63,646 bases of DNA, from positions 81,532,355-81,596,000 of the forward strand of contig CM052816.1 of the NCBI GenBank assembly GCA_028534125.1. Direction: 5' to 3'. Within the stretch, counting starts at the first letter, position 1. The number at the start of each line of letters is the position of its first letter. The DNA comes from Lama glama (Eukaryota). The notes below the pieces were generated by a model. The model made no database searches. It saw nothing but the letters and a program-made list of their open reading frames with translations, and was not told the origin of the DNA. Position numbers and translations under genes: made by a program. Positions 1 through 12,820 of the stretch are shown here, in pieces.

Positions 1-1880
1 TCCCATAGATTTTGGTATTTTGTGTTTGCATTTTTGTTCAGTTCAAAATACTACTTCCTAACTTCTCTTGTGATTTATTTGACCCAGGGATTACTTAGAA
101 GTGACAGATTGATTCTCACATGGGGATTCCCACATTTTGTTCTGTTGATTTCTAATGTAGTTCCCTTGGAGTAAAACATTTTTATGATTTCAGTCCTTTT
201 AAATTCATTGTTTTATGGGATAGCATATGGAGTATCTTGGAAAATATTCAAATGTGCTTGAAAAGAATGTGTATTTTGCTGTTGCTGACTAGAGAGTTTT
301 ATGAATGTCATTAAGTCAGCTTGGTTGATATGGTTGTTCAGCGTCTACTGTTTTCTGTCTACTTCTATCAGTTATTGTCAGTGTAGTCTTAACTACTATT
401 ATTGTATTGCTTATTTCTCCTTTTTGTTAGTTTTTGCTTCATGTGTTTTGGGATTCTCTTGTTAGGTGTATGTATACTTGTATATAATTGTTAATCTTCC
501 TGATGCTTAACTTCATTATGGTTAATTTTCCTTACCCTGAAGTCTACTTTATCTCATATTAATTTAATTATTCCAGCTTTCTTTTGATTAGTGTTTGCAT
601 GGCTTTTCTTTCTTTCATTCTTTTAAACCTACTTGTGTCTTTGGATCTAAACTGTGTCTTGTAGACAGCATATGTATGATCAGAGCTTTTACCTAGTCCT
701 GGAAACCACCTTTGTTAGAGTATTTGATTTGTTCACATTTAATGTAATTTTTGATAGAGTTGGATTTACACCAGCCACTGTACTCTAAGTTTCCTGTGTC
801 GAAATTTTTTTTTGTCCCTTTGTTCCTCTTTTACCACCTTCTTTTGTGTTAAATAGAAAATAAAAAAAATTACACCATTTAAATTGCCTTTCACCTCCCT
901 CCCTCCCTGTAAACCTGTATCCATTTGAGTTTTTCCCTCAGTAGTTGCTCTAGGGATTACAACATGCATCTTTATCACACTCTTCTTTAAAGTAATACTA
1001 ATCTAATTCCAGCAAAATGTAGAAGCTTTGCCCCAATAAAGCCTCATTTACTCCCCCTCCCTTAGTGCATTCTTGTTAGAAATACAGGTTAATGTGTTAT
1101 AACCCCAACAATGCTGTTGTATACTTGTTTTATGGAGTCTTTTACTTTTAAATGAGTTTTTAAAAGCAAAAAGAAAATATATGGTCTTTCTTATTTATTA
1201 ACTTTTGTAGTTACCTTTTCATACGGTTTTGAAATAGTGTCTGATGTTACTTACTTTCAGTCAGCAGGAATTCCTTTAGTATTTCATGGAAGGCAAACCT
1301 GCTAGCAACAAATTCAGCCTTTGTTTTTCTGGAAATGTCTCTGTTTCATCTTCATTTTTGAAGGATAATTTTGCTGGGTATAGATTTTCTTTTGATAGTT
1401 TCCTTTCAGCACTTTGAATATATTATCCTAGTGTCTCTGGTCTCCAGTATTTCTAGTGAGAAATTATCTGGTAATTGTATTGTTCCTTTATATATGGTAA
1501 GTTGTTTGTCTTTCTCCTTTCGTTATATTCTTTGTTTTTGTCAGCAGTTTGTGATGCATCTAGGTGTGATGATCTGTTTTTCCAGCTTGGAGTTTGTTGA
1601 GCATCTGGATCTTAGATGAATATTTTTCACCAAATTTGGGGAGTTTTCAGCTATTATTTTTTCTGCTTTATTGCTTTCTCCTCTTTCTGAGACTCCTGTC
1701 ACTCCTGGGAGGCTTGCTTGAACACTTTATTTAGTCTTTGAGGCTTTCCTCATTGTCTTCATTCTTTTTTCTTTTTGTTCTTTAAATTCAAATTCAAGTT
1801 CATTGATTCTTTCCCTCTCATTTCAGACCTACTGTTGAGCTCCAATAATGAACTTTTTTTTTAATACAAGTTATGATTTT
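1..1880 (-). mobile_element. Old L1 (L1M-type) ORF2/ORF1 remnant, antisense
   Basis: T-rich degenerate L1 reverse-complement motifs, e.g. gtgcttgaaaagaatgtgtattttgctgttg and ttcatttttgaaggataattttgctggg. The element resumes at ~2555-2690. Confidence 0.8.
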
Positions 1881-3199
1881 TAATCAGATTCTTGACAATC
1901 AGCCTCCTCGTGATAGGCAGACCTTCCCCTTACTTGGAAGATAGGAGTTAATAAAGTGCAGTTATCTATAAAAAATACCATACTCCAGTTCTTATTCCAG
2001 AAGATGTCAACCCCAGCGCTGTGGATAGTAGGAAGAGGTGACAGTACTTGCAGAACCAGTCTTGGTCCTGGTATCCTAATCCCCAGACTTGCTCATCATT
2101 CCTTGTCGGATAGTTTTCCCCTCCCTCTATGAACATTTAATCTAACCTTATATGTATTTTGGGGACAAGTTGGCTGTTGCTTACTTAAATGATTACATGT
2201 TCTCCAAATTCTTTTGCTTATGCTCCTTGTATTAGGCTGCAAATGGTATTCATTCCATGACATTTCCAAAGTACCTACTACAGGCAAAACTTTATGCTTG
2301 GGGCTTTGAAGGACATGGATGAGGTCAGGTATAAACAAGGGAGTCTTAATGACCTCGCCTAGAACTAGCCAACAGTTGCAAGACAGCAAGCCGACTGTAC
2401 AAGCCTGATGCTGACAAGGTATCATAAATATGTGCTTTTGTCAAAATACGCACATCAGCTAAAGCTAAATAAATGAATTAACTAAATTCCTAGAAATGAA
2501 TTTAAAAATGCAATCAGTTATTCATTCTTAGGTTAGTGAACTTTTCATTTGTCATGCTTTTTAACTAAAGAGTTTCCATCTATTTATTGAGATTCTGTAC
2601 TTGATGAATCATCTTAATGAGTCATTGTCATTCTTTTCTTTAATTCTTTAAATATGATTTCCTTTAGTTCTATACCAGTTTGAATTTGTCTGATGTGTAA
2701 ATGATTTTTAATGTGTATCTTAATGTGTGTGTTTTCTATCTTTGTAAGGTTGAGGGTGTCAGGATTTCATTAGCTTTTAGTTAGATGAGGTTAATTGGAA
2801 TCGAGCACTTGGAGTGTAAGTGATGTTTGATTAACGATGAGTGCTAACTTGCTTTCTGACAGATGGATTAGTTGGGCTGATGGGACTGCTGTTTGTTTTC
2901 TAGTGAGCAGCTGCCCTTTTGTCAATCACACTTACTGGTTTTCTAATGCAACTAAAGGTGAAGTGTATGCAGATTTGAATTTCTTAGCCATGCATAATAT
3001 TTTTTAGCCTATGATAAAACTTTTGGTTATAATCTCTATACTTGAATCACACAGACTTTTGTCAGATACCACTGACTTAATGTTTCGTTAAATTCCTCTT
3101 GGAATCTGAAATCTCAAACCCATTTGGGGATCCGAAATGATCATTGGCTTCCAAGCACAAGAGCTGTGTAATATCACTGAATACACAGACATAATTTGT

Positions 3200-5900
3200 T
3201 ACAATAATCATCATTGTTACTTCTTTACTCTCATAGTATGGTTGCAAATGTAGTTAAGTTGTGCTTTTGAACCAAATCGTAAACTGCTTGATGTTGTCAA
3301 GTCTTCCTCGCCTGTTTTAACCATCATTTTTAAAGTGGCTGGCTTGCTTTCTTGACTGAAGGGTAGAAGATTTTTACTGGGGTCTAAACCACACTCATGC
3401 CCTGAATATATAACCATCCTGTTTAGACTACAGATTGTTGTAATTGTTTCAGGGAGTAGTGGTTTGTCTGAGGACAAAATCCTCTGGGTTGTGTGGGTGT
3501 TACTGACCTGTCGTAAAATTTTTCCACTGAGAAGTCAGGTGGATTGGTGTCATGCTTGGATCTGGATGTTCAGTCATCCAGTCTTGTACCAAGTGTTAAG
3601 TACTCCCAGTAACTGACAAGTTGGACCCTAGTTCATCATTACACTGTTAAGCACCTGTGAAGACTTTGCCACATGTCTCTTCTCTCTTCCATGGATTTAG
3701 GTTAGCTCAGTAGCTGTAATACCACATTTCCTTTAATGTACCATCTGTTTTAAAATGCATCCCAGTATCAGAGATACAACTTTTTCACCTCAGGTTTATT
3801 GAGAAATAATTTACTTTAAGGTATATACATTGTTTTTTTAGACATAATGTTGTTACATGGTAAATAGACTACGGTATAGTATAAATATAACTTTTATGTG
3901 CACTGGGAAACCAGAATATTGGTGAGGTCACTTTGTTGTAGTATTGGCTTTATTGTGGTGGTCTAGAACCAACCTTGCAGTATCTCTGAGGTATGCCTGT
4001 ATTGTGAAATGATTACCACAGTAGGTTTAGTTAACATCTATCATCTCATATAGGGATACTGAACTTCTAAAATGTATGTTTATTGTATGCTTTAGGATCA
4101 ATGAAATGTAGTTTTAAGGTTAGCACTGAAGATTAGAAGGCTGAAGGTCTCTCTAGCACTTGCAGGGCCTAACCTGGTACTCCAGTTTCTGATTCTAAGT
4201 AGTTCTGCTGGTGGTCTCTTTCACTTCTTTGTGACATGGATTCACTGCAGATTTTGCTGGTCTAGATCATGACCAAATTCACTTGACTGTTTTCCAATGT
4301 ACTGCTTTCCCTTTAATATATACTTAATTCTCAAGGATGGCAGTGCCATCTGATCTGGTAATACCATTTAAATTTTTTATTTAATACTGCCCTTTTTGGT
4401 ACCCTTTCTTCCCCATCCCCTGTCTCCAGTAACTTAGTTAATTCCTGATCATGCTTTATAATGTGGATTTTAGCAGGTGTCGTCAGTATGCTGGACTATT
4501 CTGTTGCTTGGTATGGCTTTGATGACTTCATTTACCTTTGAAATATTGCTAGTAAGTACCAGATTTGCTGCAGAACTGTCCATCCCCATTTGTCTATTTT
4601 CCCACATGAATTCATGTTTAAGCATGTCTTTTAATGCTCTTGCCAAAAATCCGTTCACTAAATGTAGATCTTTAAAGTCTGTTATTAAAGACTTCATTTT
4701 GCCAGCATCTCCAGGTATACCGTTACTCTGGGAGAAGTTGAGATTGAGACATATTTTGTTCTCTGCTAGCAAGTGTAAGCTTCTAATAAGTACTGTGTAC
4801 TGCTTATCTGAAATTTCTAGGCTGCAGAGACAAGGCATAGCCCTGTCCACATCCATCACTGCTTTATGAGGTGTACTCTCTTGTTTATAGTTTGTAAAGG
4901 ATTACCTAGAAACTCCATCTGTCTGTCCAGGCCAGTTGAATCTGTAAATATGATTTCATGTGAATCCATTCCCAGGCTTCCTAGGGCTTTAATTGTCTTG
5001 GATACACAAGCCATGGATTTTACCTAATGTCTGTAAGTTTTGGGTCTTATTAACCACTTAGCTGGATCTCTAGTGATCTTAATTTAATCAGACCCCTAAC
5101 ACTGAGTTTAAAAGAATTCCCTCAAATCCAGTCAGTGTCTGCTTCCTTGGCCTCACATTTAAATCTGCCTCTTTAAATTGATATTTTTGTTTTTCACCCT
5201 GTGGCTCTCTTAATCTAAATTCTCATTCCCCCAAAGCCCTCATTGTCAGCAGTGGTAGCTTCATCACTTAAGTTCCTGTGTCAGTAGTGAAGACCAATGG
5301 GCCCTGATGGTCAGTCATCTTCTGAAATACAAGGTGACCACTGTGACCTGGCAAAGTACCAAGACTGACCTCAAGAAAGTACCAGAACCAAGGGTCTAGT
5401 CTTCCCTAATCCTAGGCCCTCCATTCTTCAGAGAATCGATTGGCCTGTTAGCCCTCCCACCAAGATTATATGTTACCCTGTTCTGAGTCTTAACCATAAT
5501 CAGGCGCAGTTTCTGCTTTCTTCTCAGAATTGGGTACTTTAATAGGTGGCAACCCAGCTGGCAAAGTTCATGGCTTCGTGATTTGGATGATCCCAGTTCT
5601 TAGCTCTCAGAGTGACTGCCCTTCAGTGACTTCATCAGTGATGCCTGGTTGACTTGAATAGTCCCATATCCCTAGATGTCTATTAATCTCGTTCTGTCTG
5701 GCTGTTTCTCTACCTTGGATGTTGCCCTTAAATTTCTCTTTGTTTGGGGAGGTGAGGGGTAGGGGTGGGCATCTGATCACTTTACTGTTCATTATTCAGA
5801 ATTAGGCAGGGCCCCATACGTAAGTTTTCTGGTATATTCTTTCAAAGTTAATCTTATGTTTTTATCCTAAACAACATTGAATGATGTTCTAATTCTCCAT
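3200..5900 (-). mobile_element. Ancient ERVL/class III-like LTR-element internal (pol) remnant
   Basis: Minus-strand peptides SNGIPGDAGKMKSLITDFKDL and IPSNRIVQHTDDT resemble ERVL RT segments (QYxIPGGxxEIxxxIKDLKD, IPQDITLVHYIDDI). A protease-like DTG lies near 5280. Highly decayed; boundaries approximate. Confidence 0.45.
3815..4001 (+). mobile_element. Tigger1 3' terminal fragment, nested in an L1 3'-end fragment
   Basis: tagactacggtatagtataaatataacttttatgtgcactgggaaacc...ggtctagaaccaaccttgcagtatctctgaggtatgcctg-TA matches the Tigger1 right end. Confidence 0.85.
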
Positions 5901-6280
5901 GAGGCCACATTGGGCTCCATTATTTTTCCTGAGCTTCTTAACTTGCCCATGTATACTAGTAATAAACCCCTGCTATCTGAGGTTAACTGAGTGTGTGAGC
6001 TCTGATCCCTGCAATTTGAAAGAGCCTAATATAAACATGTACCTTAGTGACTTCCAAAGTTATTTGTTGTTAATCTGTGTGGAAGGAAAGTGGTGAAGAG
6101 ACAGTTAAGTCCTTGAAAATCCTAGATTAGTAGTATATAGTAATTGTATTTTTTTTAGCATTTTAATTTTAATTATGGAAAGACATTAAAGGTACAAGGC
6201 ACAAAAAATAACTGGCTAAAGATATTTCTGTTCGTGACTCTGAGTTCAAAGTAAACTAGCTTTTTTTTTTGTTTTAATAG

Positions 6281-6532
<252 letters not shown>

Positions 6533-7399
6533 TGATTGATTCATGTTTCCATATATTTCTTGCATCCTTGGTTTTTTGGTTCTTTGTACATAATGAGTGT
6601 AATGTAATTTGTTAGGATCACTGGCCATTGCATCCTGCATATTCAAGAGACTCCAGAGTTTATTTGCTGCTTCTGAAAGCCACAATTTGGAAAACTTGAC
6701 ATGACCACTCAAAAAGTGGTATTGTACAGATATAACTATGCATAGGCTATTGATCTTTTTGGCAGACTATAAATACTTTCCAGATCTCTGCCTCTCCACT
6801 GTGAAGGTCTGTGTTAATAGAGGTATTATTGGCTAGTTTTTAGAATTTTTAACTTCAACCTCAATCTAAAATATTCAGGACCGTTTCTCTTCTAGTCTGT
6901 CATTGTTTCTTGGGGGGCGTGGGATGTTTCAAAACTATTATTTCCTTAATTCATTGTCTTAAAATGAAATTCAAAAAGTTTTAGGTGAAAACTGAACTTT
7001 TTTTGATTGATATGCCAGAGAGAGTAATAATCCTACGGGAAAGAAGGCCACTAATGTGTTCTTGAAAGTTATATACAAAGTAAACATGGTATAGTAGAAA
7101 CTATTCCTCATGGAATTTTAAAATTAAATCTAGTCATTTAAAGTAGAGTCAAATGAGCTGACACGAGATTAGTTTTAAAATGACTATTTTAGATAACTAT
7201 GTCATAAAGCAGAATGTAATCTTTATTTCCATTTTACTGTGTAGCCATAGATTTATGGAGGACAAAAACCCTAAGAATCTGCCATTATAATTTTCAATGA
7301 AATATACACATTGGTTACTGCTAATAATAGAAATTATAAGTAGTTTTGCATTAATGTTATGGAGCCCTGACCTGAAGCGAAAAGATTTTGATATTGTTT

Positions 7400-7420
7400 T
7401 GTGTGTGTGTGTGTGTGTGT
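7400..7420. repeat. (TG)10 microsatellite
   Basis: Seen directly in the sequence. Confidence 0.95.
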
Positions 7421-7464
7421 AGGAACAAGAAGCAGTTTTGTGTTGGTAATCAACAGATTATTTA

Positions 7465-7590
7465 CTCTTTCATTTATTTAGTCATCAAATGTTTATTTAG
7501 TGCTTTAAGTCTACCATGCTTTGTGCTTGACCCTGGGGATACATAAGTGACCAAGAGACATGTGTTTCCTGCCTACCAGCTTTTTATTTC
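7465..7590 (-). mobile_element. L2 3'-end fragment
   Basis: cattta...caaatgtttatttagtgc...ccctggggatacataagtgaccaagagaca is a typical reverse L2 tail. Confidence 0.65.
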
Positions 7591-7825
7591 AATCTACTTG
7601 TTTATATGATCTTAACTAGGTAGTTGATGTGTCTTTTGAAAGAATACTCCAATATGATTAAATTTACTCACTTAAAAATATTATTGATTTTACTAAGATA
7701 ACACATTATGATAGTTATAAAATCAAATTGTACTGAAAGGCTTATTATAACAAAAAATAGCAATCTTGTACCTACCCTTCCTCACTTGTTAGTCTTGCAC
7801 CTGGGAGGCAACCATTCTTAGTTTT

Positions 7826-8239
7826 TGTATTCGTTTTCTAAGGTTGCTTTAACAAATGAGCACAGACTTGGTGGCTTGAAACAACAGACGTTTATTCTAT
7901 TACAGTTCTGGAGGGCAAACTGTGCTGTGCTCTTGTTGAAAGCTCATTGAAGAAGATTCTGTTCCTTGTCTCTTCTAGTTTCTGATGCCTTGAGGCCTCC
8001 TTGGCTTCTGGCTGCATGTCTCTGTTCTGTTTTCACATCCCCTTCTCCTCTGTGTGTGTCCTTTGTATGTCACTTGTAAGGACACTTCCATTGCATGTAG
8101 GGCTCATCTGGATAATCCAGGACAATCTCATATCCAGACCTAACTTAACTTAATATTGTCTACAAAGATTTACTGGGGATTAGATTCTGGGGGCCAGGAC
8201 ATGAACATCTTTTGGGGGCCACCATTCAACTTGCTACAG
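7826..8239 (-). mobile_element. MaLR solo LTR (MLT1-type)
   Basis: TG...CA termini. Internal motifs ggtggcttgaaacaacaga...tttattct...acagttctggagg and ggacatgaacatcttttgggggccaccattcaac. Confidence 0.85.
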
Positions 8240-9700
8240 TTCTCACTGATTTTGGCATTTACCTCCATATTTCTAAATAAGGTTATACTGCCATCTCTTG
8301 ATAAATCTGTTTGAGACACTGTTTACTTACATCTATTACTTAAAATAGATGAATATTTGGCTTTCTTACGTACCACTTTTTACCTCTAATTTTCGACCTC
8401 TGGCCTATTAGTAAATATTCTCTGCCCACACATATAATTTCTATTTAGTTTATTTTCTTGGAGGAAATAGAGTTATGTCATAATTTTTGGCAAAACGGTA
8501 ATGATTGTTTTATGTTATTACAACTGTGTTAATAGTGTTTTCTGCAGAGTTAAGTTATATCTTCTGATTTCCTTTCTTATATAGTTTTTTGTTTTTTTCC
8601 TAGAGTTAATATCTCTTTTTTTAAAGTTTGAGTTAATCTCTCTTTTTAAAACTTTTCTATGTAGCTGTCCTTTTTTCTTATATGCTCCATCAGAGAAGAA
8701 TTAGCATTATTAATTTTCAGATGTTCAGATACATCAGGTACCCATTAAAATTTGCCTGTGGTCCAGTCTGGGCAGGTTTGCTTTGGTTCTACTGGGATTT
8801 CCTGTCATATTTTTACTGCTCTCAGCCCCCTGTTTTCTGGATCTCATATTTCCTTCCACCCTTGTGGGAAGAAAATGTTTTGCGGCTCTGGATGCCTGAA
8901 AATTCCTTTATTGTTCTTCACTTCTATTTGACAAGTTGGCTGGAAATAGAATGTTAGATTTAAGTTATTTTTCCACAGAATTTTTAAGACATTTCCCCAT
9001 TTTCCTCTAGTGTACAATACAGAGTCGCTGTTAAAGTTGGATGCCATCTGATTTTCCTTCTTTGTATACCTGTTTTTTTCTTCTTTATTTTATTTGAGAT
9101 CTTCTGTTTATCTCCAGTGTTCTGAAATGATACAATATGCCTTGATGTGGGTCTTTTAAAACTCATTATGCTTGTGCTTTTTCAATCTAGAAATGTATGA
9201 GTTTGGATTTTGGAAATTTTTTTTTATATTTCTTGTATCTGCTAAACTCTTTTCTAGAATTATGTAAGTTGAATATGGACCTCTTGGCTATTCTTTTTTA
9301 AATTTCTGGTTTTTATATTTTTCTTTCTGGTTTGTTTCCTAACTTGAGATACAATTGACATTCTCTTGGTCTCTTATCTTTTAACCCTCTGTTGAGTTTT
9401 TTATTGTGGCTTTCATGGTTTTGATTTCCAGAGGCCCTTTCTTGTTTTGTTTTCTTTTTAATCGTGGCTTCTTACTCTTGTTTTATGGATGTCGTATCAT
9501 CTTTTAAATCTCTGAGGATGTTACAGCTCTTTTGAGAATTTCTTAACTTTGTTACCTGTTTCTTCAGTTCTTATTTTTGTTTTTCGTCTTTTCTGTGTTG
9601 AAGACTTCCTTGAATATGTTTTCTTACCATTGGTTATCTATTTATATTTAAGTATGAGGCTCATCCTCCAAGAAAATAAACTAAGTAGAAATTATATATA
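8240..9700 (-). mobile_element. Degenerate L1ME/HAL1-type LINE fragments
   Basis: T-rich antisense ORF1-like motifs, e.g. gttctgaaatgatacaatatgccttgatgtgggtc. Confidence 0.6.
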
Positions 9701-9739
9701 TGGGCAGAGAATGTTTACTAATAGGCCACGCATTACTGA

Positions 9740-10150
9740 ATTTTGGTAAGGACTTGGAACTTGCTCTGTCACTGAAGAATTTTAAGCAGAAACTGGAATG
9801 TCATGTGGTAAGGTTTGCCTTTAGAAAGATCAGTGAGGAGAATGGATTGAAAGCACTAAAACTAGGTGAGGGAAGCTAGTTAGGAAATTTAATCCAGATG
9901 AAAGATAACCAGATTAGGTAGGTTAGCATGATTGCAGAGGTGATGGAGAAAAATAGTCCATCTGTAGTAATAGGAGAATAATAGTCTATCCGAGAGAGAT
10001 TTGGGGGCAGAATTTCATGAGAAAAAACATCCATCTATATACCCAGGTATTGTTCCTCAAAGGGGTGGGTATGCAGTGGGCTTTAAAGCCAGATTACAGT
10101 GAATTTAAGGAGTTAAGTGGGAAGTAAGAAGTGGTGGCATGACCACAGCA
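9740..10150 (-). mobile_element. L2 fragment
   Basis: Purine-rich cactgaagaattttaagcag...tttagaaagatca...ggagaatggattg, an L2 signature. Confidence 0.65.
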
Positions 10151-10231
10151 TAGACATACAACTTTTTGTCCCAATGTTCTCCTTTCTTTTTTCTTATACT
10201 CTCTGATCTGCTACTAAAAGCATGGTCTAGA

Positions 10232-10610
10232 ATAGCACCTTCCAGTCAGACTTTCTGTAATGATGAGAACGCTCTACAGCTGCACTCTCCAGTATAGTAG
10301 CTACTAGTCACATGTGTCTGTGTGCCAGACACTTGAAGTGTGGCTAGTGCAAATTGAGACATGCTGTAAATAAAAGCATACTGGATTTTTGAAGTCTTAC
10401 TATGGAAAAATAAGAATGTAAAATATCTCAATTTAAAAATATTTAATACATGTCAGTATTTTGGCTAGGGTGGATTAAATCAAATACATTAAAATTAATT
10501 TCACCTGTTTTTCCTATTTTCTTTTTAATAACTACTAAAAGTTTAAAAATAGATTTGTGGCTTGTATTTCTGGTTCTGATTATATTTCCATTGGGTCTTG
10601 CTGTCTCAAA
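10232..10610. mobile_element. hAT-Charlie MITE (MER33/MER3-like)
   Basis: actttctgtaatgatgagaac...tccagtatagtagctactagtcacatgtg...cacttgaagtgtggctagtgcaaattgagacatgctgtaaat. Confidence 0.8.
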
Positions 10611-11566
10611 TAGATACTGTGGGGTTTTTTTTGTTTTTGTTTTTTTTTTTTTACCTTTTGTAATATTGAACAAAAAGGAAAGGATGTATTATTGTTGAGG
10701 ACAAGTTTGGAGAGCACTGTCCCATTTTAAAAATAATGCTGTTAAATTTCATAATATTTTAATAGCTAACATAAAGTAATGTAACAGATTAAGCTTTCAT
10801 ATTAAAGAGTTTCAACTGGAAACTTGTTTAGCCAGAATCATTAATGAAGGCCATAGAGATCTAGTACTTGACTAAAGCATTGTAGCGTTTTCTTCTCTGA
10901 TCCCTCACCTCTGGATTTTTCCACTCCCAAGGTGGTTTCTATACCCATCTTAACTTACAGTTTTGTAGTATTTAAGAGTTGTATGTAATCAAACCTATTG
11001 GTATTTTCAAGTTTTTTGCTGGTTGTCACAATTTTGAGAAAACTTTCTCACCCATCTGTTATATTTCATACTTAAATCTTTACCTTGTATTGTGGTATAA
11101 GCTCTGAGGAGCCAAGTCTTAACTCTTTGCTTCTGATTTGCTAGCCAGTTGTTTCAGTAACGTCTACTGAAAGATTCATTTCTCCACTAATGTGAAGTGC
11201 CACCTTTTATTGTATACTGTATTCTTGTATAAAATTGAGTCTGTTTCTGGAACTAATAAATGTTTAAAAAATGAATTTCTGGATCGAATAGGCCAAGATT
11301 TAGCAGTGAAAGAAATTACAATGAGTATAAACTGTTCTACCATTTTGCTTTACTAATTATTGCACAGTGGTTATATTTTTGTTTATGATTGTGGCTTATC
11401 TGGTTAGGTGAAATACTGGATTTCCTTAATACAGAATTAATTTAAAATATGAACTTTGATACTGCATGAACTCTTGGCTTTAAGCATGATGAAGTGTTTG
11501 CATAGTTGTTTAAGTGTTTTATTTGAAGAGATCAAGTGGATCATGTGATTGTTGCTTACGTTTTAG

Positions 11567-11701
<135 letters not shown>

Positions 11702-11959
11702 TAAAAACCAAATCCTCTTTTAAAGAATTTTATAAAAGTTTGAAATCCTTTTGAAAGGAATGTGGACAAAATAGCCAAAAGCTTGTTTAGTTACTTAGAC
11801 ACTCCTGAAAGTTAATCAGTCACTACATGGAGAAAATAGTGGTTTTAAAAATTTTTGTCACCTCTAACAAGACTGAGCAGATGTTGAATGAGATATAATA
11901 TACTTCCTTAGAGCTCCCTTCATTCTTTATAAAAATTACTTCATGCTACCTTACTCTGG

Positions 11960-12290
11960 ATCACTCTGGTGACAAACAACCCCAAAACCTCAGTGGCTTA
12001 AAACAATAGTTTATTCCTCACTCATGCTGTAAATAGATCAATCACAGGCCACTTGGTTCTCACTTTACCAGCTGGACAGATGGAACTGCCACCATCTGGA
12101 GCCTTGTCAGTCACTATTGTAAAGGAAAGAAAAGCAGATTGCCCAGGCTCTTAAATTTCTGCTTAGAATGACACGTGGTTCAGATTTCATTAGTCAGAGC
12201 AAGTCACTTGGCTTTCCCTAACTTTAGGAAATAGGAAGTGCAGCCTTAGGAAGGAAAACCTACTTGGTTAACAGCATTAATGACTACATT
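11960..12290 (-). mobile_element. Old MaLR LTR (MLT1J/K/L-like)
   Basis: acaaacaaccccaaaacctcagtggcttaaaacaa...tttattcctcactcatg...cattagtcagagcaagtcacttggc. Confidence 0.7.
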
Positions 12291-12414
12291 TGTTTTAAAT
12301 TTATTTGTGTATTTGTCTAATCCTCTAGAAAGTGAACTCCTTGAGTATAGGACCCATGTTACCTTGTTCTTCCTCTTTACTGTTACATAAAACATAGGTT
12401 CCTCATACGCTTAT

Positions 12415-12820
12415 TTATTTTAATTTTTACTTAAAATTTTTTTAAATTGAGGTATAGTCAGTTCACAACATTGTTAATTTCTGGTGTACAGCATAACATT
12501 ACGGTTACATATATATATATTCCTTTCCATATTCTTTTTCATTATAGGTTATTTCAAGATACTGACTATAGTTCACTGTGCTATACATATACAGTAGAAC
12601 ATTATTGTTTCTTTGTTTTCTATATAGTAGTATCTGCAAATCCCGAACTCCCAGTTTATACTTCCAGTCACTCCTTTCCCCCCTGGTAACCACAAGTTTG
12701 TTTTCTATGTCTGTGAGACTGTTTCTGTTTAGTAAATAAATTCATTTGTGTCATTTTTTAAAGATTTCACACGTAAGTAATATCACATGGTATTTTTCTT
12801 TCTCTTTCTGGCTGACTTAT
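12415..12820 (-). mobile_element. Cetartiodactyl/camelid L1 3' end
   Basis: aattgaggtatagtcagttcacaacattg...tatagttcactgtgctata...ggtaaccacaagtttgttttctatgtctgtgag; same family as the L1 at 44733-46126. Confidence 0.85.

Noticed and set aside
4477..4869. 130-aa hydrophobic plus-strand ORF with a signal-peptide-like start
   Set aside because: Non-ATG start and antisense to a decayed pol-like remnant; best explained as a chance open frame.
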